Below are positions 45,511 to 55,271 of a stretch of DNA of 64,000 nucleotides, piece by piece. Each line of letters opens with the position of its first letter. The stretch's first letter is position 1. The DNA is from an uncultured Elusimicrobia bacterium (GTDB lineage: Bacteria > Elusimicrobiota > Elusimicrobia > Elusimicrobiales > UBA9959): NCBI GenBank assembly GCA_903873295.1, contig CAIQNV010000143.1:15633-79632 (forward strand), read 5' to 3'. The notes beneath the pieces are model-generated. The model was not told the origin of the DNA, did not search any database, and saw nothing but the letters and a program-made list of their open reading frames with translations. The translations under genes and the position numbers were made by a program.

Positions 45511-46395
45511 ATGTCACTTCCCCCGCGCATTGGTTTTATCGGGCTCGGCATAATGGGCCGGGCGATGGCGATGAGTCTGGCAAAAGCCGGATTCCGGGTT
45601 TCGGTTTACAACCGCACCCGCCAGCGCACTATAGAATTCGCGGACATAGGCTGCGAAGTGGCGGCTACCCCGCGCGCCCTGACTAAAATGTCCGACACCG
45701 TGATAACCATGGTCTCCGACCCGGCGGCCATGGAGGCCGTCATGGAAGGCCCGGAGGGAGTTATCTCCGCCTTCTCCGGCGGCAGCGCCCTGATAAACAT
45801 GAGCACCCTCTCGCCCGATTACACCTCCTCCCTGGCAAAAAAATGTTATAGCGCGGGCGTCATTTTCCTCGACTGTCCGGTCTCGGGCTCAAAAAGCGCG
45901 GCGGAAAGCGGGCAGCTGGTGATCCTCGCGGGCGGAGAAAGAAACACGGTGGAGAAGTTCTCCCCCATCCTGAAAGCCATGGGCAAAGCCGTGGTTTACG
46001 CCGGGCCCGCGCCGGCCGGCACGGCGCTCAAGCTGTGCGTGAACCGTATCGTGGCCCAGCTTACCACGGCGCTGGCGGAGTCCGCGGCCCTTGCGCGGGC
46101 GCAGGGGCTGGGCCCGGAGCTTATTTTCGAGACGCTCGCCCTCAGCCCGGTCCTCAACTGCGGCTATTTCGAACTGAAAAAGGACAATATCCTGAAGAAC
46201 GATTTCCAGCCGGCTTTTCCGCTTAAGCATATGCTCAAGGACGCCAGGTTCATGCTGGCCGAGGCCGCGAAGAAAAAACTTTCCCTCCCGGTAACGGCGG
46301 CCGTGGAAAAGCTGATGGAGAAATCCTATAATAGCGGTTACGGCGAAAAGGATCTGAGCGTGGTGCTCAGGAACCTGGCCGAGCCCCTGGGGTAA
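45511..46395 (+). CDS. NAD(P)-dependent beta-hydroxyacid dehydrogenase (HIBADH/6PGDH-NAD-binding family)
   Basis: Rossmann motif IGFIGLGIMGRAMA plus family blocks DCPVSGS and KD. Confidence 0.85.
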   Translation: MSLPPRIGFIGLGIMGRAMAMSLAKAGFRVSVYNRTRQRTIEFADIGCEVAATPRALTKMSDTVITMVSDPAAMEAVMEGPEGVISAFSGGSALINMSTLSPDYTSSLAKKCYSAGVIFLDCPVSGSKSAAESGQLVILAGGERNTVEKFSPILKAMGKAVVYAGPAPAGTALKLCVNRIVAQLTTALAESAALARAQGLGPELIFETLALSPVLNCGYFELKKDNILKNDFQPAFPLKHMLKDARFMLAEAAKKKLSLPVTAAVEKLMEKSYNSGYGEKDLSVVLRNLAEPLG

Positions 46396-46399
46396 AAAC

Positions 46400-46579
46400 A
46401 TGATACGCAAAATTATAGCCGCCGGACTTACCTCTTACTGGGAATTTATACAGAAGTACCCGCTGCTGAGCATAGCTTTCTCGCTGTTGGCGGCGGCCTC
46501 CTGCGTCGGCGGCATTTACCTTATAATAGTCAAGTTCCCCTCTTTCGCCCCCTGCTTTACCGGCCGCTGCGGGAATTAA
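46400..46579 (+). CDS. Candidate small membrane protein (59 aa)
   Basis: ATG 4 nt after the upstream stop. Hydrophobic core LLSIAFSLLAAASCVGGIYLIIV. Below the ORF-track length cutoff and supported by no homology I can recognise. Confidence 0.25.
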   Translation: MIRKIIAAGLTSYWEFIQKYPLLSIAFSLLAAASCVGGIYLIIVKFPSFAPCFTGRCGN

Positions 46580-46657
46580 GAGACAGCCGAAGCCGCTCGC
46601 CCGCCCTCGCGCCGGGCTCGATACTATCAGCGGTGTTTTTATCCGCAGAGGAACATC

Positions 46658-47854
46658 ATGGGTTTTTTAAAAGATATGAGGGCAGGGCTTACCCGCAACG
46701 TTACTTTTATGGGCGTTGTCAGCGGCCTCACGGACATCTCCAGCGAGATGCTCTACCCCATAGTTCCCATTTTCCTCACCTCGGTGCTGGGCGCCCCCAT
46801 GCAGGTGGTGGGCCTCATCGAAGGCGTGGCGGAAGCCACGGCGAGCCTGCTTAAGATCGCGGGAGGCCGGCTGTCCGACCGCGCCGGAAAAAGGAAGCCT
46901 TTCGTCGTGGCGGGCTATTCCCTCTCCGCCCTTTCGAAACCGCTTCTGGCGCTCGCGGCCACCTGGCATTTCGTCCTGTTCTCCCGGTTCATAGACCGCG
47001 TCGGAAAAGGCCTGCGCACCTCGGCGCGCGACGCGCTGATAGCCGGCTCCGTGGAAAAGGAGCACTGGGGAAAAGCCTTCGGCTTCCACCGGGCCATGGA
47101 CACGCTGGGGGCCGCCCTCGGTCCCCTTGCCGCTCTCGCGATAATACACTTCATGCCGGCGGAAAAACCCGATTACCGCTTTATTTTCATGGCAGCTTTC
47201 ATCCCGGCCCTGCTCGGGGTTTTCGTCCTGCTCTACTTCGTCAGGGAGGCCGCGGCCGCGCCCAGGCTCCCCGGAGAGGCCCCCGCCGTCCGTACGCCCA
47301 TGACCTCCGATTTCAAGGTCTTTGTTTTTCTTTACGCCATCTTCGCCCTCGGCAATTCCAGCGACGTCTTCCTGATAATGAAAGCCAAAGCGACAGGCTT
47401 CACTCTGACCCAGGTGATACTCGCCTATACCGGCTATAACCTTGTCTACGCGCTGCTGGCCGCTCCGGCCGGCTGGCTTTCGGACAAGCTGGGCAAGATA
47501 AAGACTATGGCCTTCGGCTTTCTGGTTTTTGCCGCGGTTTATCTCGGCTTCGCCCTGGCGGCCAAAGCCTGGCTGGTCTGGGTCCTCTTCGCGCTTTACG
47601 GCTTCTACGGCGCCTTCAACGAGGGCATAGCCAAAGCCGTGGTCGCGCATTTAAGCGCGGGCGACAACCGCGCCTCGGCCATGGGTTATTTCCAGGGCGT
47701 TACGGGCCTTCTGTCTTTCTTCGCCAGCGTCATGGCCGGCCTGCTGTGGGACAGACTCTCCCCCTCCGCTCCGTTCGTAGCCGGCGCGGCCTGCGCTTTT
47801 ATTTCCATGTCGGCCCTGGTGCTCTGGACGCGCAAAAGGAAATTTTCTTTTTAA
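46658..47854 (+). CDS. MFS transporter
   Basis: ~12 TM segments with the MFS loop GGRLSDRAGKRKP. Confidence 0.8.
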   Translation: MGFLKDMRAGLTRNVTFMGVVSGLTDISSEMLYPIVPIFLTSVLGAPMQVVGLIEGVAEATASLLKIAGGRLSDRAGKRKPFVVAGYSLSALSKPLLALAATWHFVLFSRFIDRVGKGLRTSARDALIAGSVEKEHWGKAFGFHRAMDTLGAALGPLAALAIIHFMPAEKPDYRFIFMAAFIPALLGVFVLLYFVREAAAAPRLPGEAPAVRTPMTSDFKVFVFLYAIFALGNSSDVFLIMKAKATGFTLTQVILAYTGYNLVYALLAAPAGWLSDKLGKIKTMAFGFLVFAAVYLGFALAAKAWLVWVLFALYGFYGAFNEGIAKAVVAHLSAGDNRASAMGYFQGVTGLLSFFASVMAGLLWDRLSPSAPFVAGAACAFISMSALVLWTRKRKFSF

Positions 47855-49137
47855 TGACTACACTCCTACAGGAAGTTTTAAAACACGAAGTATATCCCGC
47901 CATGGGCTGCACCGAGCCGGTGGCCGTAGCTTTCGCCGCGGCCAGCGCGGCGAAACTGCTGAAAGGCCGCATCACCGGCATCTCTATAAGAACCGACCCC
48001 GGCACCTACAAGAACGGGCTCGCGGTAGCCATTCCCAATGCCGGAGGCAGGAAAGGCAATTTGCTGGCCGCCGCCATAGGCGCGGTAGTGCGCCGGCCGG
48101 AGCTGGGCGCCGAGCTTTTCAAGGGCCTGCCTGCCGCGAGGCTCAAAGAGGCCGCGGCGCTGGTAAAGGCGGGCCGCGCCGCGATAACCGTGGATTATTC
48201 CCGGCGCGGGATCTATATCTCGGCCGAAGTCAGGTCGGCAAATGGAAAGGCGCTTTGTCTGCTCGAAGGCAGCCACAAGCAGGTGGCGCTGCTCACGCTG
48301 AACGGCAGGACCGTCCTTAAGGCTGCGCGCCCCGGCGGGAAGAAAGAAGGGCCGCCTTATAAACAGGCTCTGCGCAAAGCCACTTTCAGGGACCTTTTCC
48401 GCCAGGTGGAAAAAGTTTCCGCCGCCGATCTCGCCTACCTGAAGGCCGGAGTGGAGATGAACCTCGCCGCGGCGAAGGAAGGGCTTAAGCTGAAAAAGGT
48501 CGGCTACTACATGGAGGACCTGATCAGGAAAGGGTATCTCAAGCGCGACATCCTCTCCGGCGCCAAGCTGAAGGCCGCCGCCGCCACCGACGCGCGCATG
48601 GCCGGCGTCCCCGTCCCGGTAATGTCCAGCGGGGAATCCGGCAACCAGGGCGTGGTGGCGGTGCTGGTGCCCTGGCTGGTGGGCAAGGCTTTCAGCGTGC
48701 CGGAAAAGCGCATACTCAGGAGCATAGCGCTCTCGCACCTGGTAAACTCGTACATAAAAGTTTTTACCGGCGAGCTGGCCCCCATCTGCGGCTGCGCGGT
48801 AGCCGCCGGGGTCGGAGCTTCCGTGGCCGTGGTCTGGCAGCGCGCCGGGGCCGACGCGAAAAAAGCGACGCTGGCGGTAAACACCGTGATAAGCGACATA
48901 GGAGGCATGCTCTGCGACGGCGCCAAGAGCGGCTGCGCGCTTAAGGTGGCGTCCTCGGCCGACTCCGCCATTCGCGCCGCCTGGATGGCCCTGAACAACG
49001 AGGGCATCACCGAGGCCGAAGGCTTTATCGGAAGTTCAGCCGAGGCCACCATACAGAACATAGCCCGCATCTCCAGCCTGGGCATGGACAAGGTGGACCG
49101 GATAATACTGGAGATAATGTCGGCGAAAACATCATGA
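47854..49137 (+). CDS. L-cysteine desulfidase family protein (UPF0597, serine-dehydratase-alpha-like)
   Basis: Start taken at ATG 47854 (MTTLLQEVLKHEVYPAMGCTEPVAVAFAA), overlapping the upstream TAA by 1 nt. GCTEP motif. The tracked start at 47746 lies inside the MFS gene. Confidence 0.75.
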   Translation: MTTLLQEVLKHEVYPAMGCTEPVAVAFAAASAAKLLKGRITGISIRTDPGTYKNGLAVAIPNAGGRKGNLLAAAIGAVVRRPELGAELFKGLPAARLKEAAALVKAGRAAITVDYSRRGIYISAEVRSANGKALCLLEGSHKQVALLTLNGRTVLKAARPGGKKEGPPYKQALRKATFRDLFRQVEKVSAADLAYLKAGVEMNLAAAKEGLKLKKVGYYMEDLIRKGYLKRDILSGAKLKAAAATDARMAGVPVPVMSSGESGNQGVVAVLVPWLVGKAFSVPEKRILRSIALSHLVNSYIKVFTGELAPICGCAVAAGVGASVAVVWQRAGADAKKATLAVNTVISDIGGMLCDGAKSGCALKVASSADSAIRAAWMALNNEGITEAEGFIGSSAEATIQNIARISSLGMDKVDRIILEIMSAKTS

Positions 49138-49889
49138 GCACATACGCTTTAGCACGTAAAGAGATAGAGCCAGAGCCTTTAGCCCCGCTCGCCTTCCTGT
49201 CGGGTGTAAAAGGCTATAGCCGCGACTCAGCGCGCGAGTTCCTGCGCGCCCAGCCCGGCTTCCTGGGCAGGAACCTTCAGCTCGAGGCGGCGCGCGAACT
49301 TTCCGCCGCGGCCGGCCTGGCCGGCTTTGAAACTATGCTGATAAAGGAGACCGAGCTCCCGGCTGCGCCGCATCCCATAGAACCAGACATGATCGAACCT
49401 AAGGACGGCGGTTTTCAGGCCCGGGCCGGAGGCGCGCTCACCTTCATCCCTTACGACTCCATAACCATTTTCTCGGCCGCCGCTTTTGACGCGCCCGCGG
49501 CCGTCGACAATATTCAGGCCCTTGAGTCCGGCCTCTTCGAAAGAATAGCGCGCTTCGCCGGCGCCCGGGTCCCTCCGGTTCCGGCCCCGAGGCGTGATAC
49601 TTTTTTTCGCGCTGACCTGATCTCCGGCGAAGAGCGCCTGCGGCTGCTGCTTAAGCCGGAGAAACTGGATTTTTCCCCTTTGGGTCCCGCCCGCTCTCCT
49701 GCAAGCCAGATAAATTTCCGCAGCCTGCTCGGCACGCTCGCCGCGCATTGTCCCAAGGCCGCAAAAAACGCTTTTCTCCGCGCCTTTCTGGCGGGCGGCC
49801 CCCTGACTCCCCTCAAGATAGCCTCCACCGAAGCCGCCGACGCCGAACTTTCCCGGCTTCTCCTGCTTGCGCCAAAGCTCAAAGGATAA
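49134..49889 (+). CDS. Hypothetical protein
   Basis: 4-nt overlap with the upstream gene and coding-like GC3. No recognisable motif. Confidence 0.5.
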   Translation: MSTYALARKEIEPEPLAPLAFLSGVKGYSRDSAREFLRAQPGFLGRNLQLEAARELSAAAGLAGFETMLIKETELPAAPHPIEPDMIEPKDGGFQARAGGALTFIPYDSITIFSAAAFDAPAAVDNIQALESGLFERIARFAGARVPPVPAPRRDTFFRADLISGEERLRLLLKPEKLDFSPLGPARSPASQINFRSLLGTLAAHCPKAAKNAFLRAFLAGGPLTPLKIASTEAADAELSRLLLLAPKLKG

Positions 49890-50010
49890 CCTGCCGCGGC
49901 CTTAAATGCCGGAAAAAAGCTACAGAGGAACACCCTCCAGCGGATAATAAAAGTACAGGCCCGGGCCGCTCTTGTAAGCCCCCCCGCCATTGGTCTATAA
50001 TTAATAAATA

Positions 50011-52479
50011 ATGGAAAAGCATCACACCGCTCATAACAAATTTTTCGCGCTGCACGCACATTTCTACCAGCCCCCACGTGAAAACCCCTGGACCGGAAAA
50101 ATAGACCCCCAGCCTTCCGCCTGGCCTTTCCACGACTGGAACTCGCGCATAGCCCGGGAATGCTACCTCCCCAACGCCTGCGCCCGCATCAACGACTCCT
50201 CCGGCCGCGTGCTTGAGCTGGCCAACAACTATCTGCGGCTGAACTTCAACTTCGGCCCCACGCTCTTCTCCTGGCTCGAGAAACATTATCCTTTCTATTA
50301 CAATAAGATAATCCAGGCGGGCCGCGAATCAAGGGAGAGGACGGGCCACTCCAACGCCATAGCCCAGGCCTACAACCACGTAATAATGCCGCTGGCCTCC
50401 TTCCAGGACCAGCTCACGCAGGCCCTGTGGGGGATCAGGGATTTCGAACACCGCTTCGGCTTCAAGCCCGAGTCCATGTGGCTGCCTGAGACCGCCGCTT
50501 CCGACGATACGCTCCGCCTGCTGGTGGACCTGGGGATGAAATACGTGATCCTTTCCCCCTACCAGGCCGAAAAAATAACAGGGGAGACAGCCGGAGAATG
50601 GACGGACGTCTCCTCCGGGAATTTTGACACCACCCGCCCCTACGCCTGGCACGATACCCTGCCGGACGGAAGCCGGGCTAAAGGCCGCAGCCTCGCCGTC
50701 TTTTTTTACGACGGGCCGCTTTCGAAAGCGGCGGCTTTCGAGGGGCTCACCAAGGACTCCGCGGCTTTCGCCGACAGGGTGGAAGCCTGCTACAGGCACG
50801 GCAGGCACGGGCCGCAGCTGGTAAGCATGGCCGTGGACGGGGAAACCTTCGGCCACCACCACAAGTTCGGCGATATGACGCTGGCGCACGCCTTTCAGCA
50901 CGAGTTGAAGAAGCGGGGGATAGAGACGGTGAACTTCGGCCAATATCTTGAGGCGCACCCCCCCGCCCATGAGGTCAGGATAAAGCCCGGCCCCGACGGG
51001 GAAGGCACGGCCTGGAGCTGCGCGCACGGCGTGCGCCGCTGGAAAGGCGGCTGCGACTGCGGCGGCGAGGGCAGCTTCAGCCTTAACTGGCGCCTGCCTT
51101 TAAGGGCCGCCCTCAACAGCCTGCGCGACGCCGCCGCCGCCGTTTACGCGGCCGAGTGCGCGAAATTCTTCCGCGCCCCGTGGGAGGCGAGGAACGACTA
51201 TGCGGACATCTTTCTCGACCGCTCGCCGGAAGCTGAAGAAGCGTTTTTTTCAAAACACTCCGCCCGCCCTCTTAACAAGGCCGAAAGAGCCCGGGCGCTT
51301 GAACTGCTGGAAATGCAGAAGCATGCCATGCTGATGTTCACCAGCTGCGGCTGGTTCTTCGCCGACATCTCCCGCATAGAGACCCTCCAGAACCTGCGCT
51401 ACGCGGCCCGCGCGGCCGAGACCATGCGGGGCCTCGGCTTTGAAAACGCGGACCGGGCCTTCCTCTCGCTCCTGGAAATGGCCCAGTCTAACTATCCCGA
51501 TGCCGAGAACGGGCTGAAGCTCTACCAGAGAACCCTGGCCGGGAACTCCCTTCCCAGGCAGAAAGCGGCCGCGCTTATAATAGCGGAAGCCCTGCTGGGC
51601 CCGGCGGAAAGTCGCGGCGGCCGCGCGGCCCTGCGGGAAGAGGAACGCATCAACAGGGACGGAGCGCTCTGCCTTCGCGGCCAGGTCATGGCCCCGGGGC
51701 CCGACGGCCCCTCCCCCCTGGCTTTCTGCTACCTGCGCCGCGATGAAGAGTTCCCCCTTATGTTTTTTTCGGCGCGGTCCGGCGAGGCGCGCCTAAAGGA
51801 GCTCTTCGCCCTGGGCGGGCCGGCGGCCATACAGGCGGCCCTGGAACAAGAGCCGGCTTTCGCGCGCATAACTTTCGATGATTTTTCCTGGGAGGAAAAA
51901 ACTCTTTACGCCTGGATGCTGGCCGACGCGGCAAGGCACGGCCACTCCGCGGCTATCTTCGAGATACTGGAAGACTATCTTTATCTGCTGGCCCGCCTGC
52001 CGGGCAGGGCGCTGTCCTCCTGGGCGCCCCTGCGCTCCCAGGCCGCGGCCTACGCCAGGCAGGCGGCGGAAATAGCTTTCAGCCGCGCCCTGGGCTCAGC
52101 CTCTTCGGGCGAAATAGAGAATTTCGCCGCGCTCGCCGCGCGCCTGAAGGCGGCCGGGCTTGAGCCCGGCTTCGACCCGTCCCCTGAGGCCTCGGCGGAG
52201 CTGGCGGCCAAAGCCGCAGGCCCGGCCCTGGCCTCCCCCTCCCCGCTGACGCTGGCCCCGCTGCGCGGCCTGCTGAAGGCCGCGCTGGACCTGGGAGCCA
52301 AGGACCTGCTGTTCCATCTGCAGAACTACCTGATGGACCTTTTCGCGGAGGCGGAAAAAACCGACCTCCCCCCGGAAACTGCGGTAGCCGTGCGGGAAAT
52401 ATATTCTTTGTCGGGGATAATAATCGAAAGGTTCAACAGCCGGCTGGAAAAGATGACGGCCGGGCGGCCGGGCGGTTAG
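50011..52479 (+). CDS. GH57-family glycoside hydrolase with DUF3536-like C-terminal region
   Basis: N-terminal FALHAHFYQPPRENPWTG...HDWNSRIARECY, typical of GH57/DUF3536 proteins. Catalytic-region blocks WLPETA and VDGETFGHH. Confidence 0.8.
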   Translation: MEKHHTAHNKFFALHAHFYQPPRENPWTGKIDPQPSAWPFHDWNSRIARECYLPNACARINDSSGRVLELANNYLRLNFNFGPTLFSWLEKHYPFYYNKIIQAGRESRERTGHSNAIAQAYNHVIMPLASFQDQLTQALWGIRDFEHRFGFKPESMWLPETAASDDTLRLLVDLGMKYVILSPYQAEKITGETAGEWTDVSSGNFDTTRPYAWHDTLPDGSRAKGRSLAVFFYDGPLSKAAAFEGLTKDSAAFADRVEACYRHGRHGPQLVSMAVDGETFGHHHKFGDMTLAHAFQHELKKRGIETVNFGQYLEAHPPAHEVRIKPGPDGEGTAWSCAHGVRRWKGGCDCGGEGSFSLNWRLPLRAALNSLRDAAAAVYAAECAKFFRAPWEARNDYADIFLDRSPEAEEAFFSKHSARPLNKAERARALELLEMQKHAMLMFTSCGWFFADISRIETLQNLRYAARAAETMRGLGFENADRAFLSLLEMAQSNYPDAENGLKLYQRTLAGNSLPRQKAAALIIAEALLGPAESRGGRAALREEERINRDGALCLRGQVMAPGPDGPSPLAFCYLRRDEEFPLMFFSARSGEARLKELFALGGPAAIQAALEQEPAFARITFDDFSWEEKTLYAWMLADAARHGHSAAIFEILEDYLYLLARLPGRALSSWAPLRSQAAAYARQAAEIAFSRALGSASSGEIENFAALAARLKAAGLEPGFDPSPEASAELAAKAAGPALASPSPLTLAPLRGLLKAALDLGAKDLLFHLQNYLMDLFAEAEKTDLPPETAVAVREIYSLSGIIIERFNSRLEKMTAGRPGG

Positions 52480-52499
52480 AAGCCGGGCGCCCGGACGCA

Positions 52500-52533
52500 A
52501 AAGAACCGCGGCTTGAACGGCCGCGGTTCTTTA
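52500..52533. terminator. Bidirectional intrinsic terminator between convergent GH57 genes
   Basis: AAAAGAACCGCGGC-ttgaacg-GCCGCGGTTCTTT followed by a T-rich tract. Confidence 0.6.
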
Positions 52534-52544
52534 GTTTTCACCGT

Positions 52545-54164
52545 TCAGCTGCGCGAGGCTTTCTCCATTTCCTCCGTTGAAAAAACTCTGTAGTTCAGCT
52601 CCGGGAAAATATTGTCGCGCCACTCGATGTCCTTAAGGAAGTTCTCCTCCAGCCGGTTGCCCATTATCTGCTCGTAAAGACCGTTGAAGCGGTGCGTATG
52701 CGCCACAAAGCGCTTTGTGGAATAGCTCTTGGCTGTCCCGACGGTCATCAGGAAGGCCCAGTCGGAAGACATCCCCAGCACCACTTCCCGCGCGCACTGG
52801 TTCAGCGCCCGCAGCAGCGTGCCGTCGGCGGCCGGGAACTTATTGGCCAGCTCCACCATGCGCTCCACCTGCTTGTGCAGATGGCGGTACATCCAGTCAT
52901 TGGTGCCGTTCAGCCAGACTTCGTTATAACCTTTGTCGCCCCAGGTCGACATGCAGGGCTGCACCACCTGGTTATCGGGGTGAATACCGAGGTACTCGCT
53001 GGGCGTGACCATCTTAATAGCTTTCTGGTCGTGGTGGATCTTCTTAAAAAGGAACTCAAGGAAGTCCACTCCCTCATACCACCAGTGGCCGTAAAGCTCG
53101 GCATCATACATCGAGACGACCACGGGCTTGCGGCCGAGGAACCCGTTAAGATGCTCTATCTGCCGCTCGCGGTTGAACATGAAGTTTCCCGCGTGGCTGG
53201 CGGCCATCTCGCGCGCCTCCGCCGGGTTATACGGGGCCTTCTCGTTCAACTGCACCTTGCCGGTGATCTTGCAGTACTTCATGCCGATATTGCGGCGCAC
53301 GCCGTCCTGGTGCAGGTAGGGTTTTACGTAATCGTATTCCAGGTCGTAGCCCAGGTCGCGGTAGAACTCGCGGTAGCGGTTGTCGCCAGGGTAGCCGGTC
53401 TCGGCGCTCCAGACCTGCTGGGCGCTTTCCATGTCGCGGCCGAAGGCGGCCACGCCGCTGGGGCAGTAGACCGGGGCGTACACGCCGTAGCGGGGCCGCG
53501 GGCTGCCGTAAATTATGCCGTGCGTCTCCAGGAAGAAATAGCGTATTCCCTGCGCCTTCAAAAAAACGTCGTCGCCCGGATTATAGGCGCACTCCGCCAG
53601 CCAGATCCCCCGCGGGCCGCGCCCGAAATGCCTGCGGTAATCGTCGGCGGCCAGCTTTATCTGGGCGTGCACCGCCTCTTTGCGCAGCTCCAGCGGCAGG
53701 AAGCCGTGGGTGGCGCCGCAGGTGATGATCTCGAGCTTCCCCATGTCCTGGAACTTCTTGAAGCCTTCGAGGATCCTGCCGTGGTAATAGTCCTCGTAAA
53801 GTTCCCGGATGCGGCGGAACTTGGTCTCGTACATCTTTGCCACGTCGTAGAATTTGGTGTTGCGGTTGCGCACCACTTCCTTCTCTGCCAGCTCCAGCCT
53901 GAGGCTGTAGTAGCGGCGGAAGCGCTCGCGCAGCAGGTCGTCCGCCATCATATTGCACAGCGGCGGCGTGATGGACATGGTCACGCGGAAATCCGTGCCT
54001 TCGGCGGTCAGCCGCTCGTAAACATCGAGCAGCGGGATATAGGTCTCGCACATCGCCTCGAAGAACCAGTCTTCCTCCAGGAAGTCCTCGTACTCGGGAT
54101 GGCGGATGAAGGGCAGATGCGCGTGGAGAACTAAAGCAAGATAGCCTTTTTCTTTATTTGCCAT
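52545..54164 (-). CDS. GH57-family 1,4-alpha-glucan branching enzyme (DUF1957-type)
   Basis: GYLALVLHAHLPFIRHPEYEDFLEEDWFFEA N-terminus plus WLAECAY and YDAELYGHWW blocks characteristic of GH57 branching enzymes. Confidence 0.85.
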   Translation of the reverse strand: MANKEKGYLALVLHAHLPFIRHPEYEDFLEEDWFFEAMCETYIPLLDVYERLTAEGTDFRVTMSITPPLCNMMADDLLRERFRRYYSLRLELAEKEVVRNRNTKFYDVAKMYETKFRRIRELYEDYYHGRILEGFKKFQDMGKLEIITCGATHGFLPLELRKEAVHAQIKLAADDYRRHFGRGPRGIWLAECAYNPGDDVFLKAQGIRYFFLETHGIIYGSPRPRYGVYAPVYCPSGVAAFGRDMESAQQVWSAETGYPGDNRYREFYRDLGYDLEYDYVKPYLHQDGVRRNIGMKYCKITGKVQLNEKAPYNPAEAREMAASHAGNFMFNRERQIEHLNGFLGRKPVVVSMYDAELYGHWWYEGVDFLEFLFKKIHHDQKAIKMVTPSEYLGIHPDNQVVQPCMSTWGDKGYNEVWLNGTNDWMYRHLHKQVERMVELANKFPAADGTLLRALNQCAREVVLGMSSDWAFLMTVGTAKSYSTKRFVAHTHRFNGLYEQIMGNRLEENFLKDIEWRDNIFPELNYRVFSTEEMEKASRS

Positions 54165-55023
54165 CGGTGGTTGTGGCCCTGGTGACTTTTATCGCTATCT
54201 CTCTCGTCTCGGTCTCATCCTTTGAGAGGGCCTTTATAGGCAGGTCGACGACGCCGTCCGGCAGCGCGAAGCGCATTGAGAAGGTTCCGTCCGGGTTCAG
54301 GTTCACTTTGCGGCCGGAAACGGTTACGAAGGCGTCGGGCTCGGTAGCCCCGTAAAGGATAAGCTCGCAGTCGGCCACCAGCCAGAAATTCTTCTTCTGC
54401 TGCTGCTGTTCGGGTTTCTGCAGCGCCTGCGAGGACATGGAGCTTACGCCCCAGGAGGAGGCGCGGGAGAAAACGGCGCGCAGCATCTCCCAGCGCTGGG
54501 CCAGGGACTTGGCCACCTCGCCGGAGCCTTTGCCGATATGCTCCACGCCCGAAAGCTGCAGGAGCTTCTCAAAGTCGGCGCTGACGGCCATCCATTTCTC
54601 GTCCGTCACGTCGGAAACGCGGCCCGCGGGCAGGCTCACGGTATTGGTCTTTACCAGGCCGACGAAGGAGCCGTCCGGCATTACCAGGCCGACCTCGCAA
54701 CAGTAGGCGCGGCCGCCCTCCTGCACGTTTATATACCAGCTCCTGGCCTCGAGCATCACAGGAACGTCGAAATATCTGCCGGCGGTGTCCGCGGCGGAGA
54801 CGTCATAAACCCTGATCACCTGGCGGCTCTTCTGAAAAACATCTTCGCCGTGCAGGCGGCAGATATTTTTTTTAGAATTTTCCGTGATCTCCCAATAAAT
54901 GAACATCCAGTTGGGATCGCGCGGCAGGAGTGCCGCCTCGGTAGCGCCGTAACCTTCAGGCAGCGCCTTGTGCTCGGCTTCGGGCCCGGTATTGTTTTTT
55001 TTGATCTGCCCTGACGAAGTCAT
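54154..55023 (-). CDS. DUF4912-domain protein
   Basis: LLPRDPNWMFIYWEI block typical of DUF4912. Overlaps the start of the GH57 branching enzyme by 11 nt. Confidence 0.7.
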   Translation of the reverse strand: MTSSGQIKKNNTGPEAEHKALPEGYGATEAALLPRDPNWMFIYWEITENSKKNICRLHGEDVFQKSRQVIRVYDVSAADTAGRYFDVPVMLEARSWYINVQEGGRAYCCEVGLVMPDGSFVGLVKTNTVSLPAGRVSDVTDEKWMAVSADFEKLLQLSGVEHIGKGSGEVAKSLAQRWEMLRAVFSRASSWGVSSMSSQALQKPEQQQQKKNFWLVADCELILYGATEPDAFVTVSGRKVNLNPDGTFSMRFALPDGVVDLPIKALSKDETETREIAIKVTRATTTDGK

Positions 55024-55271
55024 CAGTTTCTCCTTGCGGATTTATAATATTGGTGCGAACTGAGGGTCGTGTTTCGGCTGTCAGCGTGAATCGGTCCCCT
55101 CATAACCCAACGCTTTTATTATAGCAAATTTGAAGCCTGCTGGAAGCCTGAAGGCCGGCCTTTAGGGGCCTAAAAAGCCCGCCCAAAAGGCCTGTGCTGT
55201 AGGTCCAAAGTCTGCCTGCGTCTGGGCCCTTTGACGCTGGTCAAGCGGGCGGCCTTACCCTACAATATGTC

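Noticed and set aside
55024-55271. 248-nt divergent intergenic region between DUF4912 and the MBL hydrolase, considered as a possible ncRNA locus.
   Set aside because: It contains TATAAT-like boxes on both strands (about 55043, 55116-55121 and 55259-55264) and only weak, non-repeated hairpins. It is best explained as two divergent promoters with leaders, and I see no evidence of a conserved structure.
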